Assembly: GCA_035687145.1 (NCBI GenBank)
Contig: DASRYM010000013.1
Location: 11,677-75,676, forward strand
DNA from: Candidatus Zixiibacteriota bacterium
Lineage (GTDB): Bacteria > Chloroflexota > Limnocylindria > QHBO01
DNA: 64,000 bases
Reading direction: 5' to 3'
The stretch's first letter is position 1, and each line of letters starts with the position of its first letter. Below, piece by piece: positions 8,539-16,479 of this stretch. Under the pieces are notes generated by a model. The model saw only the letters and a program-made list of their open reading frames with translations, searched no databases and was not told the DNA's origin. The position numbers and the translations under genes were made by a program.

Positions 8539-10044
8539 ATGCTGCGGTGGTCCATCGTGAACGCGCGTGCCCACGCCTCGTCCCTTCCCCTCCTTCGCCT
8601 CGCCCTGGCCGCCGGATCCGTGGCGCTCGTCGGGTTGTGCCTGTTGCTATCCGCCTCGCTGGTCCAGGCGACCCATGGCCCGGACATGACGATCGCCAAG
8701 ACGGCATCCGTTACGAGCATCCCTGCGGGCGGCAGCTACAGCTACACGATGACCATCACCAACACGGGCCACTCGACGGCGACGTCGGTCGTGCTCACCG
8801 ACAGCACCATCGAGCCCGACGTCGAGATCGACTTCGGGTCCCTTGAGCTGTCGCCCTCGGGCATCGGCTCGTGCACGTGGAAGCTGTTTCAGGGAGATCC
8901 GAACAACCTGATGTGCAGCTTTCCGACGATCGCCACGGGCGCCTCGATCACCGTGACCTTCGACGTGACCGCACCGGCCGTGACCTGCCCCCGGGTGCGG
9001 AACACTGCGACGGTGACGGCCGCAAATGAGCCTTCGGGTAACACCGGGAACAACACGGCGATCGTGAACGTGAACATGACCGGCTGCCCGTCAGCCACGC
9101 CGACGCCGACCGGATCGCCGACGCCGCAGCCCTCGCCGCCGACCGTCTCGCGCATCTTCGGGGCTGATCGGTATGCGACGGCCGTGGAGCTGTCGAAGCG
9201 CCTCACGCCTTCGCCGGGCACGGGCGTCAGCTCGGTGTACGTGGCGACCGGCGAGAACTTCCCTGACGCCCTGGCCGGTGCTCCCGCCGCCGCGAAGCGG
9301 AACACCTCCATCCTGCTGGTGCGCCGCACGTCGGTGCCGACGGTGACGCGAACCGAGCTGCTGCGGCTCAAGCCACAGACCATCTTCGTGCTGGGCGGCA
9401 CGAGCGTGATCTCGGACGCGGTGGCCGCGGAGCTGAGCATGCTGACGCGTGACGGAGCCGGGACCGTGACCCGGCTGGCGGGCAGTGACCGCTACGCCAC
9501 CGCCGGCCAGGTGGTGGGCAACGCGTTCACCTCAGCCGAGGCGCTGATCGTGGCCACCGGCGAGAACTTCCCTGACGCGCTCGCTGGCAGCGCGGCGGCA
9601 TCCGACGAGGGCATGCCCATCCTGCTGGTGAAGCGCGACAACATCCCGCCGGCCACTGTCGCCCAGCTGAACAACCTCGATCCGGCACGCATCTTCGTGC
9701 TGGGCGGCACCTCGGTGGTGAGCCAGGCCGTGGAGGACGCGCTGCGGTCCTTTGCCCCATCGGTCACCAGGATCGCCGGCGATGATCGGTACCTCACGGC
9801 CGTCGGTGTGACGAAGGCCTTCTATCCGCCGAACGTGGCCCACCTGTTCGTTGCCACCGGCATCAACTTCCCGGACGCGCTGGTGGCCGGGCCGCACGGT
9901 GACCCCGTGCTTCTGACCGCGCCGGGTGCCCTGCCGTCCGCGGTTGCCGGCGAGGCATCGCGCCTGAACCCGCCGAGCATCCACGTCCTGGGCGGCCCCG
10001 GCGTGGTGAGCGAAACGGTGCTGAACCAGCTCAGGGCAACCTGA
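8539..10044 (+). CDS. Secreted protein: DUF11-like repeat domain + three cell-wall-binding (CWB2-like) repeats
   Basis: Signal-like N-terminus (LLRLALAAGSVALVGLCLLLSASLVQA). The DUF11-like segment reads TIAKTASVTSIPAGGSYSYTMTITNTGHSTATSVVLTD. A Pro/Thr linker follows. Then three repeats of the form R(I/L)(F/A)G.DRY.TA ... VATGENFPDALAG ... ILLV ... IFVLGGTSV. An alternative start is at 8500. Confidence 0.75.
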   Translation: MLRWSIVNARAHASSLPLLRLALAAGSVALVGLCLLLSASLVQATHGPDMTIAKTASVTSIPAGGSYSYTMTITNTGHSTATSVVLTDSTIEPDVEIDFGSLELSPSGIGSCTWKLFQGDPNNLMCSFPTIATGASITVTFDVTAPAVTCPRVRNTATVTAANEPSGNTGNNTAIVNVNMTGCPSATPTPTGSPTPQPSPPTVSRIFGADRYATAVELSKRLTPSPGTGVSSVYVATGENFPDALAGAPAAAKRNTSILLVRRTSVPTVTRTELLRLKPQTIFVLGGTSVISDAVAAELSMLTRDGAGTVTRLAGSDRYATAGQVVGNAFTSAEALIVATGENFPDALAGSAAASDEGMPILLVKRDNIPPATVAQLNNLDPARIFVLGGTSVVSQAVEDALRSFAPSVTRIAGDDRYLTAVGVTKAFYPPNVAHLFVATGINFPDALVAGPHGDPVLLTAPGALPSAVAGEASRLNPPSIHVLGGPGVVSETVLNQLRAT

Positions 10045-10097
10045 GGCGGCGAACCCCGGAGCCGGGTGTCGCGGGGGCTCAGCCTATACTTGCTCCG

Positions 10098-10418
10098 TCA
10101 CCCCACCGACGCCGGAGTGGCGGAATCGGCAGACGCGTCGGTCTCAAACACCGATGCCCGCGAGGGCGTGTGGGTTCGACCCCCACCTCCGGCACCATGC
10201 GCATCGTCGTCGGCCAGGAGCCGCAGCAGCGCGAGCGCCGTCGCGAGCGTGGGCGCCCGCTCACCCTGCGCCAGGCGGCATACGGTCGTGTGATCCAGCC
10301 CGGTCCGCAGGGCAACCATGCGGAAACTGAGACCACGAGCGGCAACCGCGTCGCGCAGCCATCCGGCGAAGTCCCCCGCAAGGATGCGAGGCGGAATGTT
10401 GACCTCTTGATTGAGCAC
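10098..10418 (-). CDS. XRE-family HTH protein whose 3' tail runs antisense through the tRNA-Leu gene
   Basis: 106 aa with a GTG start. The HTH core is GLSFRMVALRTGLDHTTVCRLAQGERAPTLATALALL. TACCGT lies 6 nt upstream of the GTG. The last 33 codons are the reverse complement of the tRNA, so the functional protein is probably the first ~70 aa plus a fortuitous tail. Confidence 0.5.
   Translation of the reverse strand: MLNQEVNIPPRILAGDFAGWLRDAVAARGLSFRMVALRTGLDHTTVCRLAQGERAPTLATALALLRLLADDDAHGAGGGGRTHTPSRASVFETDASADSATPASVG
10111..10197 (+). tRNA. tRNA-Leu (anticodon CAA), class II with long variable arm, CCA encoded
   Basis: Acceptor stem GCCGGAG/CTCCGGC. Anticodon stem TCGGT/ACCGA with loop CTCAAAC. 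Variable arm TGCCCGCGAGGGCGTG. T arm GTGGG-TTCGACC-CCCAC. Discriminator A plus CCA. Folded by hand. Confidence 0.9.
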
Positions 10419-10476
10419 GAGCGCACGGTACCTCGTCCACCTTGCCGTGGACCTTGCGCCGGTCGCTTCGGGACGC

Positions 10477-10560
10477 CTAGAAGACGGTCGACAGGCAGGA
10501 GACCAGCAGCCAAATCACCAGGATGACTCCGATGATCACGCCGATCAGGATGCGGCCCAC
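10477..10560 (-). CDS. Possible 27-aa hydrophobic peptide
   Basis: GTG 10560 is preceded by AGGAG with a 5-nt spacer. It encodes MGRILIGVIIGVILVIWLLVSCLSTVF, a single TM helix. The longer version from ATG 10605 lacks a ribosome-binding site. Confidence 0.4.
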   Translation of the reverse strand: MGRILIGVIIGVILVIWLLVSCLSTVF

Positions 10561-10722
10561 GTTCACTCCTTCTGCGGTACGGAACTTCGGCTGGCCGGCG
10601 AGCATCGCGCTCGCCGGGCAGGCGTAATGCAAGGCGTGTGCCGCCGCCTCTGCCGCCCCCGACCGCGGCCGACGCGTGGAATCGGTCCGTGACGGACGCA
10701 CCGCGTGCTAGGCTCCCGCCCG

Positions 10723-11421
10723 ATGACCGGCGATACCGTCGAGTGCTTCAACTGCGGCCGCGCCAACCCCTCCTGGGCCCAGGTCTGCCGCTCCTGTGGC
10801 GTCCCGATCTCAGCGGCCACGTCGCGCACCCTGCCATCCGGCCCGGTGCCGACTGACCGCGAGTCGCTCATCTCCATGGGCTCGGCGCTGGGAGCCGTGG
10901 TGCTGGCCATCGTCGTGGGCGTCATCGTGTCGGGCATGATCCCGCCGGCCGCGCCGCCGCCAGTGGAGACCCCGACCCCGGAGCCGACGCCCAGCGTGCT
11001 GCCCTCGCCGAGCCTTGATGCCTCGGCGCCCGTCGGAGAGGGCTCGGCGGAGCCCACCGTCCTGCTGCCCGGGACGGTGGCCTTCGGGACGGGGCTGAAC
11101 AACTCCACGAACGAGGTCACCGACCCGACCGACACGTTCACGCCGGGCAGCAGGTTCTGCCACTCGATCAGCCTGACTGAGCCGTTCGGCGCCCCGCAGG
11201 TGCTCGAGGAGGTCCTGAAGATCGAGGAGAACGGCGAGCTGACCGTGGTCCAGGAACGCGCCCCGCTGACGGTGGATCAGACGGCGACGGTGGCCGGCTT
11301 CTGCACCGACGCCAGTGGCCTGATCGACGCCTGGGGCGTCGGCCAGTTCCTGATCCGGGACTACCGACCGGGTGACGAGCCAGTCCTCCTCGCCGAGGGA
11401 CGCTTCACCCTGGCCCAATAG
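10723..11421 (+). CDS. Zinc-ribbon membrane protein, hypothetical
   Basis: 232 aa from ATG 10723, with TAGGCT 8 nt upstream. The N-terminal CxxC...CxxC ribbon is CFNCGRANPSWAQVCRSCG. One TM helix (LGAVVLAIVVGVIVSGMI), a Pro-rich linker and a C-terminal globular part follow. Confidence 0.6.
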   Translation: MTGDTVECFNCGRANPSWAQVCRSCGVPISAATSRTLPSGPVPTDRESLISMGSALGAVVLAIVVGVIVSGMIPPAAPPPVETPTPEPTPSVLPSPSLDASAPVGEGSAEPTVLLPGTVAFGTGLNNSTNEVTDPTDTFTPGSRFCHSISLTEPFGAPQVLEEVLKIEENGELTVVQERAPLTVDQTATVAGFCTDASGLIDAWGVGQFLIRDYRPGDEPVLLAEGRFTLAQ

Positions 11422-11430
11422 GCCCGGGCC

Positions 11431-12297
11431 TCAGTCCAGCGGGGGCTCCCCGTCGGCCGCCGCGATCTCCGACCAGGCGTCCGCGTAGAGGCGGGCCCGG
11501 ATCGGCAGGTAGCCGGGATACGCGACCCGCGCCCTGCGGATGACGGCCGCGTCCAGGGTGACCAGTGCCAGGCGGTCGGTCGTCTCGACCAGCACCTCGC
11601 CGTCCGGTCCAACCGCGACCGATGGACCGCCGATCAGCACCCCGTCCTCGGGGTGCGGCCGGTTGACGCTCAGCACGTAGCAGCAGCCGGTCAGCGCGAT
11701 GGCCCGGAACACCACCTTCCAGCGCGGATAGGTCCGCTCCTCGGTGGCCCGTGGCGCCAGGATCGCCATGCTCCCCTGCGCCGCCAGGAGGAGCGATCCC
11801 TGCGGACGGTTGATGTCCGAGCAGACCTGGAGACCGACGGGCAGGCCGAAGGCGTCGATCCGGCGCGGCGGCTCGCTCCCCGGCTCGTAGTGGCTCGTCT
11901 CCCAGAAGCCCGGCTCCTCCGGGAGGTGGAGCTTCTCGTACGTCGCAGCCACGTTGCCGGCGCGGTCGAAGGCCAGGGCGCGGCTCGTCCGGCGCCCGGT
12001 CGCGCCATCGCGGTGGATGATCCCCCCGATAAGGCCGATGCCGGCCTCGGCGGCCGCCTCGGCCTGGGCAGTCATCCGCGGTCCACCCATCGGCTCGGCG
12101 TCCTCGTCGCGCGCCTCCTTCGTGGACGGCCGCCACGGGTTGAGCGGGAGCTCGGGGAGGAGCACCAGGTCGGCGCCGCGCTCCACGGCCTCCGCCAGGC
12201 GCTCGCGCAACCGCTCATGGCCGTCCGGCTCCCAGAAGACCTCGGAGATCAGCGCGACGGTCAGCCTCCCGTTCGCACGCGGGATTGCCTCGCTCAT
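11431..12297 (-). CDS. Carbon-nitrogen hydrolase (nitrilase superfamily)
   Basis: 288 aa from ATG 12297, with TAGGCT 7 nt upstream. It has ADLVLLPELPLNPW (catalytic Glu region) and VCSDINRP (catalytic Cys region). Confidence 0.8.
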   Translation of the reverse strand: MSEAIPRANGRLTVALISEVFWEPDGHERLRERLAEAVERGADLVLLPELPLNPWRPSTKEARDEDAEPMGGPRMTAQAEAAAEAGIGLIGGIIHRDGATGRRTSRALAFDRAGNVAATYEKLHLPEEPGFWETSHYEPGSEPPRRIDAFGLPVGLQVCSDINRPQGSLLLAAQGSMAILAPRATEERTYPRWKVVFRAIALTGCCYVLSVNRPHPEDGVLIGGPSVAVGPDGEVLVETTDRLALVTLDAAVIRRARVAYPGYLPIRARLYADAWSEIAAADGEPPLD

Positions 12298-12437
12298 GCC
12301 GCGAAGCCTACACACTGGCGTGGGTGCCGGAGCTCTCGCCGAGATGTGAGGAAACCAGGCTCTTGGTGGGGCCGCAGTTCAGACGTCCCTGCTCCTGGGG
12401 TTTCTCGTCGTTCGCGGGCCTGCCGAACCGCCAGCCT

Positions 12438-12695
12438 TCAGCTCATCCCTTGCCCGTCCCCCCGGCCAGCGATCCAGAACAACAAGCCAACCACCGCAGC
12501 CGTCGCCCCTCCGGCGGCGAGGCTCCATCCGGCATCGCACGGCACGGTGTAGCCGAACACGGAGGAACACTCAGGAGGCTCGGTCGTGATCCCGCTCGCC
12601 GGGAAGAGGAGCACAAGCACGACGAGCCCCACGAGCGATGCGATCGCGATCTTCGCCAGAGGCCACGAGCGGCCTTGGCGGTCCGTCTGATTCAT
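12438..12695 (-). CDS. Small membrane protein, hypothetical (2 TM)
   Basis: 85 aa. The ATG is preceded by GGAGGGA. There are two hydrophobic helices (IAIASLVGLVVLVLLF and AAVVGLLFWIA). Confidence 0.5.
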   Translation of the reverse strand: MNQTDRQGRSWPLAKIAIASLVGLVVLVLLFPASGITTEPPECSSVFGYTVPCDAGWSLAAGGATAAVVGLLFWIAGRGDGQGMS

Positions 12696-12902
12696 GGTGG
12701 TCCCTCCGCGTGGCAGTTTCGGCTGCCGAGTGGGTGGCTATCACGAGACGCCAATGAGCGTCTCCGGGTTGCAGAGGCCGCCGACACCTGGGCCGACTGC
12801 GACACGTACACGCCGTCAACGAACCGGGCGCCGCCGATCGGCGGCTACCTGTCCCTCGTGCCCACTGTGAGCCGGGCCTTGCTGACCAATACCGGCATCG
12901 CC

Positions 12903-13082
12903 ATGCCGCCGCTCACGCTCGAGGTCTACCAGTATCCGGTTGGCCTCCTGCTGTGGATCGGGGCTGCCGTCATGGACCTCGGTCTCGTTGCGCTGATCTG
13001 GCCGACACGTTCCAACCCGTCGATTGTCGAGGGCCCGCGTCGGTCGATGGACCAGGTGGAGGTGTCGCCGCAGCCTCGATGA
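12903..13082 (+). CDS. Possible small membrane protein
   Basis: 59 aa from ATG 12903, with one TM helix (VGLLLWIGAAVMDLGLVALIW). Third codon positions are mostly G/C. No ribosome-binding site or family was recognised. Confidence 0.25.
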   Translation: MPPLTLEVYQYPVGLLLWIGAAVMDLGLVALIWPTRSNPSIVEGPRRSMDQVEVSPQPR

Positions 13083-13173
13083 ACTGCGCTGGAGACGCTC
13101 CGGCTAAGCCGCGGCTTGGCTCTGAACGAGCCGACACGGTTTCTTCTTGCGTCGCTTCAGGTTCGCGCACTTG

Positions 13174-13202
13174 GCGCAGCCGGTGTGAATTGCGACAGTT
13201 CG
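13174..13202 (+). repeat. Family-A repeat, solo arm (GCGCAGCCGGTGTGAATTGCGACAGTTCG)
   Basis: Matches the consensus GCGCACCTGGTGTGAAT-ACGACC-NN-TCG, which is seen about 10 times in the window. Confidence 0.6.
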
Positions 13203-13254
13203 TCCGCTGCCAGCGTGGTCGGCTCGCCGCGTGGCTCTACGCGTCAGCGGCTCC

Positions 13255-13396
13255 ACGGGTCGCATCACATGGAGTGACCGTTGAGCGCCCGACAGCCGCC
13301 TCGAACGGTCCCAACTCACGCCAGACGGGCGCTTGCGACGCTCCAACGGCCTTCCGCTGCGCTCATTGCGCGCCTGGTGTGAATCACGACCGCTCG
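13255..13396 (+). mobile_element. Family-A hairpin element (~142 bp, MITE-like), copy 1
   Basis: A degenerate left arm (ACGGGTCGCATCACATGGAGTGAC) is inverted relative to the right arm (GCGCGCCTGGTGTGAATCACGACCGCTCG). The interior aligns with copy 18219..18359 (AACTCACGCC, CTCCAACGGCC, CATTG). Confidence 0.6.
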
Positions 13397-13464
13397 TTGG
13401 ACCGAGCTCCGCCGATAAGGGTGCGGTAAGCCGAAGGTAAGGTGCTGCGGGGCATCATCGGTCC

Positions 13465-14196
13465 GTGTACACCAACCTTCCGCGCGCGGTCCGCTTTCTC
13501 CGTCTGCGGAAAGGTTGGTCGCAGGCCGTCCTGGCGACCCGTGCAGGCGTCTCCCGGGAGCTGGTGTCGCGGATCGAGCGCGATCGCGTGGCCGGTATCA
13601 CCTTCGGCGGAGTGGACCGGGTCCTCGCGGCACTGGACGCCAACCTGCGCGCGATGGCGGCATGGCAGGGGGAGCAGCTCGACCGTCTCATGGACGCGGG
13701 TCATGCGGCACTCCAGCAGGTCGTTGCCGAGATGCTCGCCACGCTCGGCTGGAGCGTCCGGGCCGAGGTCAGCTTCAACCGCTACGGCGACCGCGGGCGC
13801 GTGGACCTCGTTGCGTTCCATCCGATTCCGCGCGTCGTGCTGCTGGTCGAGGTCAAGACCGCGCTGGGCGACCTGCAGGAGACCCTGGGCCGCCTCGATG
13901 TGAAGGCGCGGATCGGCCGTCCACTCGCGCAGGACCTCGGATGGACCGGTGTCCTGGCCGTCATCCCGGTACTGGTCATCGCCGATGCGCGTCCGGCACG
14001 CAGGGTGGTGGCGAGCCATTCGGCGCTCTTCAGCCGGTTCTCACTCCGCGGCCGTCAGGCGATGGCGTGGCTCCGGCGGCCGGTCCAGCCACCGCCGACC
14101 GGCATCCTCTGGTTCGCGAACCGACCCGATTCACATGAGGTGACCATTGCGCGCCGCAAACGGGCGCCCAAGCGTCTCAACTCAGACGTGGCGTGA
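13465..14196 (+). CDS. XRE-HTH fused to a PD-(D/E)xK-like (YraN/Hjc-like) nuclease fold; function unknown
   Basis: 243 aa with a GTG start; CATCAT lies 6 nt upstream. The N-terminal HTH is LRKGWSQAVLATRAGVSRELVSRIERDR. The central segment GDRGRVDLVAFHPIPRVVLLVEVKT matches the D...(E/D)xK motif. Family-A repeats flank it on both sides, and its stop TGA lies inside one repeat core. Confidence 0.65.
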   Translation: MYTNLPRAVRFLRLRKGWSQAVLATRAGVSRELVSRIERDRVAGITFGGVDRVLAALDANLRAMAAWQGEQLDRLMDAGHAALQQVVAEMLATLGWSVRAEVSFNRYGDRGRVDLVAFHPIPRVVLLVEVKTALGDLQETLGRLDVKARIGRPLAQDLGWTGVLAVIPVLVIADARPARRVVASHSALFSRFSLRGRQAMAWLRRPVQPPPTGILWFANRPDSHEVTIARRKRAPKRLNSDVA

Positions 14197-14210
14197 ATTG
14201 AAACCGCTCG
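14188..14210 (+). repeat. Family-A repeat, degenerate solo arm overlapping the stop codon of the HTH-nuclease gene
   Basis: GTGGCGTGAATTGAAACCGCTCG. The upstream TCTCAACTCAGACG resembles the interior TCCCAACTCACGCCAGACG of copy 1. Confidence 0.5.
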
Positions 14211-14232
14211 ACCCCGGTCGCCCGGCGTCAAT

Positions 14233-14261
14233 GCGCACCTGGTGTGAATGACGACCGTTCG
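14233..14261 (+). repeat. Family-A repeat, solo arm (GCGCACCTGGTGTGAATGACGACCGTTCG)
   Basis: Near-consensus copy lying between the convergent HTH-nuclease and Rieske oxygenase genes. Confidence 0.65.
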
Positions 14262-14271
14262 CGGGGGGCGG

Positions 14272-15372
14272 TCACTCGGCGAGGAACTCCCTCACCAGGT
14301 TCTGGAAGTGGTAGACGCCGTTCTCGCGCTTGGCGCTGAACCGCCCGGTGTCGTAGGCCCGCGAGCGCAACCCGCGCTGCACCTGCTCGCAGATGACGAT
14401 GTCCTCCTGCTGGATCTCGTCGCTGAAGGCGATCGTCTGCTGCATCGACTCCCACCCCGGCCCGGTGCCCGGCTCGGCGAAGAACCACTCGAAGATCGTC
14501 AGCGTCCGCTCGTGGCCGAGGGGCAGGATGACGTTGGAGGACATGTTGTCCTGGTAGATGTTGAACATCGTGTTCGGGAAGATCCAGTAGTAGAGGGCGT
14601 CCTCCTCGGCCCCGGGCTGGCGGAGGTAGCGCCGGTCGACTCCGAGCTGCTCCCCGGGCTTCAGTTCCCGGATCGGCGCGTGCTGCTTGGAGTAGTAGCG
14701 GAACTCCTCAACGCGGTAGGCGTCATAGTCCAGCTCCCTGTAGAGCTGCGGGTGCGCGATCGGCAGGTGGTAGCCCTCCAGGTAGTTGTCGACGTACACC
14801 TTCCAGTTGCACTCGATCACGTAGTCCCGCCGCTCCACCAGGCGCATGCGGTCCACGTCGTAGCCGGCGGCGGCCACCTCCTCGGGGATGGCACCCATGA
14901 CCTCCTGCAGGCTGGGGGCATCATCGGAGAGGCAGACGAACACGAACGGACCCCAGGTGTCGACCCGCACCGGGACCAGTCCGAAGTCCTCCTTGCGGAA
15001 GTTCTCGGTCTCCTCCATCTCGGGAGCGGCGCGCAGGCAGCCGTCCAGCCCGTAGGTCCAGCCGTGGTAGCGGCACTGCAGCGACTTGCGGTTCCCCTTG
15101 GTCAGGGCCACCTGGCCGGCCCGGTGACGGCAGACGTTGTAGAAGGCGCGCAGCTCGCCGTTCAGGTCGCGGGTGATCACCACCGGCTCGTCGACCACGG
15201 TCACCGGGACGAAGTCGCCCACGCGCTGGAGGTCATCGGTCCGGGCCACCAGCTGCCAGGTGCGGGCGAAGATGCGCTCCTTCTCGAGCTCAAGGTAGTG
15301 CGGATCCAGGTAATAGCGAGCCGGCAGCGTCTCGGCCCGGCTCAGCGGGGTGGTCACGCGGGAGGTCGTCAT
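14272..15372 (-). CDS. Rieske [2Fe-2S] non-heme iron oxygenase, alpha-subunit type
   Basis: 366 aa. The Rieske motif is CRHRAGQV...CRYHGWTY, followed by a C-terminal catalytic domain. TACACT lies 7 nt upstream of the ATG. The substrate is unknown. Confidence 0.85.
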   Translation of the reverse strand: MTTSRVTTPLSRAETLPARYYLDPHYLELEKERIFARTWQLVARTDDLQRVGDFVPVTVVDEPVVITRDLNGELRAFYNVCRHRAGQVALTKGNRKSLQCRYHGWTYGLDGCLRAAPEMEETENFRKEDFGLVPVRVDTWGPFVFVCLSDDAPSLQEVMGAIPEEVAAAGYDVDRMRLVERRDYVIECNWKVYVDNYLEGYHLPIAHPQLYRELDYDAYRVEEFRYYSKQHAPIRELKPGEQLGVDRRYLRQPGAEEDALYYWIFPNTMFNIYQDNMSSNVILPLGHERTLTIFEWFFAEPGTGPGWESMQQTIAFSDEIQQEDIVICEQVQRGLRSRAYDTGRFSAKRENGVYHFQNLVREFLAE

Positions 15373-15499
15373 GGTCGGGAGTGTAGCCCTGCCGTACTGC
15401 GAAATCGCCTTGCCGCGGCGACCCGCGAAGTGCTACAACGGCGCTCCCAAGCGGGTTCCGAGACCGCGGGACGCCGCGGCATGTACCGGAGGAGTTCGA

Positions 15500-16411
15500 A
15501 TGCGCACTTGGCGACGTTTCGCGGTGTTGCCGATCGCCGCCCTGCTCCTGGCAGCGTGCCAGGCAGAGGCCGAGAACATCGAGTCGCTGGACGACCTCGC
15601 CGGCAAGACGGTGTGCGCCGGCGAGTCGACGACCTACGTCTTCTGGATCCAGGGCACCCTCACCCTGCCGGAGGGATCCGGCGAGATCGCCGAGGTCCCC
15701 GAGGGCATGCAGGTGACCACGCTTCCCACCGACATCGACTGCGCGGAGGCCTGGCGCTCCGGCCGGACCGATGAGTTCCAGGGCTGGCTGACCGCGCTGC
15801 CCACGGCCCAGGGCGCCATCGACGAGGGCTACCCCGTCAAGCTCGTCGGTGACCCGGTCTTCTACGAGCCGCTGGCCGTTGCCTTCGACAAGTCCGTCGA
15901 GAACAACGACTCCCTGGTCGAGGCGGTCGACGCGATCATCAGCCAGATGCACGCCGACGGCACGCTCAGCGAGCTGTCCGAGACGTGGTACGACGGCACC
16001 GACCTCACCAGGCAGGAGGGCGTCGAGCCCCCCGAGCCCGAGGAGGGGCCGACCTGCGACTCCGGTGACGTGGACGGCCACCTGGCCGATATCTGCGAGG
16101 CCGGCACCATCGTGGTCTCGACCGACCCGGCCTACCCGCCCCAGTCCTTCCTCAACGAGGAGACCGGCGAGTACGAGGGCTTCGACATCGACGTGGCCAA
16201 GGAGATCGCCGAGCGGCTGGGCGTGGACATCGAGTTCACCGACCCGACCTTCGACGCGGTGGTGGCCGGCAACTGGGGCGGCCGCTGGGACATGAGCGTG
16301 GGATCGGTCACCGTGACCGCCGAGCGCCAGGAGGTCCTCGACTTCACGCGGCCCTACTACTTCACCCCGGCCCAGATGGCGGCCTACGACCCGGAAGCCG
16401 CCGCGGACTAG
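15500..16411 (+). CDS. ABC transporter substrate-binding lipoprotein (polar amino acid, family-3 type)
   Basis: 303 aa from ATG 15500, with GGAGG 7 nt upstream. Lipobox LLLAAC. SBP_bac_3-like segments include [38 protein letters not shown]. Confidence 0.85.
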   Translation: MRTWRRFAVLPIAALLLAACQAEAENIESLDDLAGKTVCAGESTTYVFWIQGTLTLPEGSGEIAEVPEGMQVTTLPTDIDCAEAWRSGRTDEFQGWLTALPTAQGAIDEGYPVKLVGDPVFYEPLAVAFDKSVENNDSLVEAVDAIISQMHADGTLSELSETWYDGTDLTRQEGVEPPEPEEGPTCDSGDVDGHLADICEAGTIVVSTDPAYPPQSFLNEETGEYEGFDIDVAKEIAERLGVDIEFTDPTFDAVVAGNWGGRWDMSVGSVTVTAERQEVLDFTRPYYFTPAQMAAYDPEAAAD

Positions 16412-16431
16412 GAGGCTGAGCAGGAAGACCA

Positions 16432-16460
16432 GAGGGCGGGGCCACACCGGCCCCGCCCTC
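16432..16460 (+). terminator. Intra-operon hairpin after the binding-protein gene (attenuator/terminator)
   Basis: A perfect 12-bp stem (GAGGGCGGGGCC / GGCCCCGCCCTC) with a 5-nt loop, followed by GTGTCTTTCGG. It lies between the stop at 16411 and the permease start at 16480. Confidence 0.5.
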
Positions 16461-16479
16461 GTGTCTTTCGGGAGCAGCA

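Noticed and set aside
13104-13346. 80-aa minus-strand ORF containing ...VAIHTGCAKCANLKRRKKKP..., and the observation that family-A arms translate as (R)xVVIHTR(C)A
   Set aside because: I considered a relic zinc-finger or transposase C-terminus. The frame is not maintained between copies, substitutions are not biased toward synonymous changes overall, and there is no start context. I treat it as non-coding repeat sequence.
14208-14230. Possible attR copy of the tRNA-Leu 3' end (TCGACCCCGGTCGCCCGGCGTCA versus TCGACCCCCACCTCCGGCACCA)
   Set aside because: Only about 15 of 23 positions match, and a gap is needed. In DNA this GC-rich that is within chance. No integrase supports it.
15373-15499. 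127-nt leader of the ABC transporter operon examined for a riboswitch
   Set aside because: I could not match any riboswitch core I know, and I saw no convincing terminator/antiterminator alternative. It may simply hold the divergent promoters.
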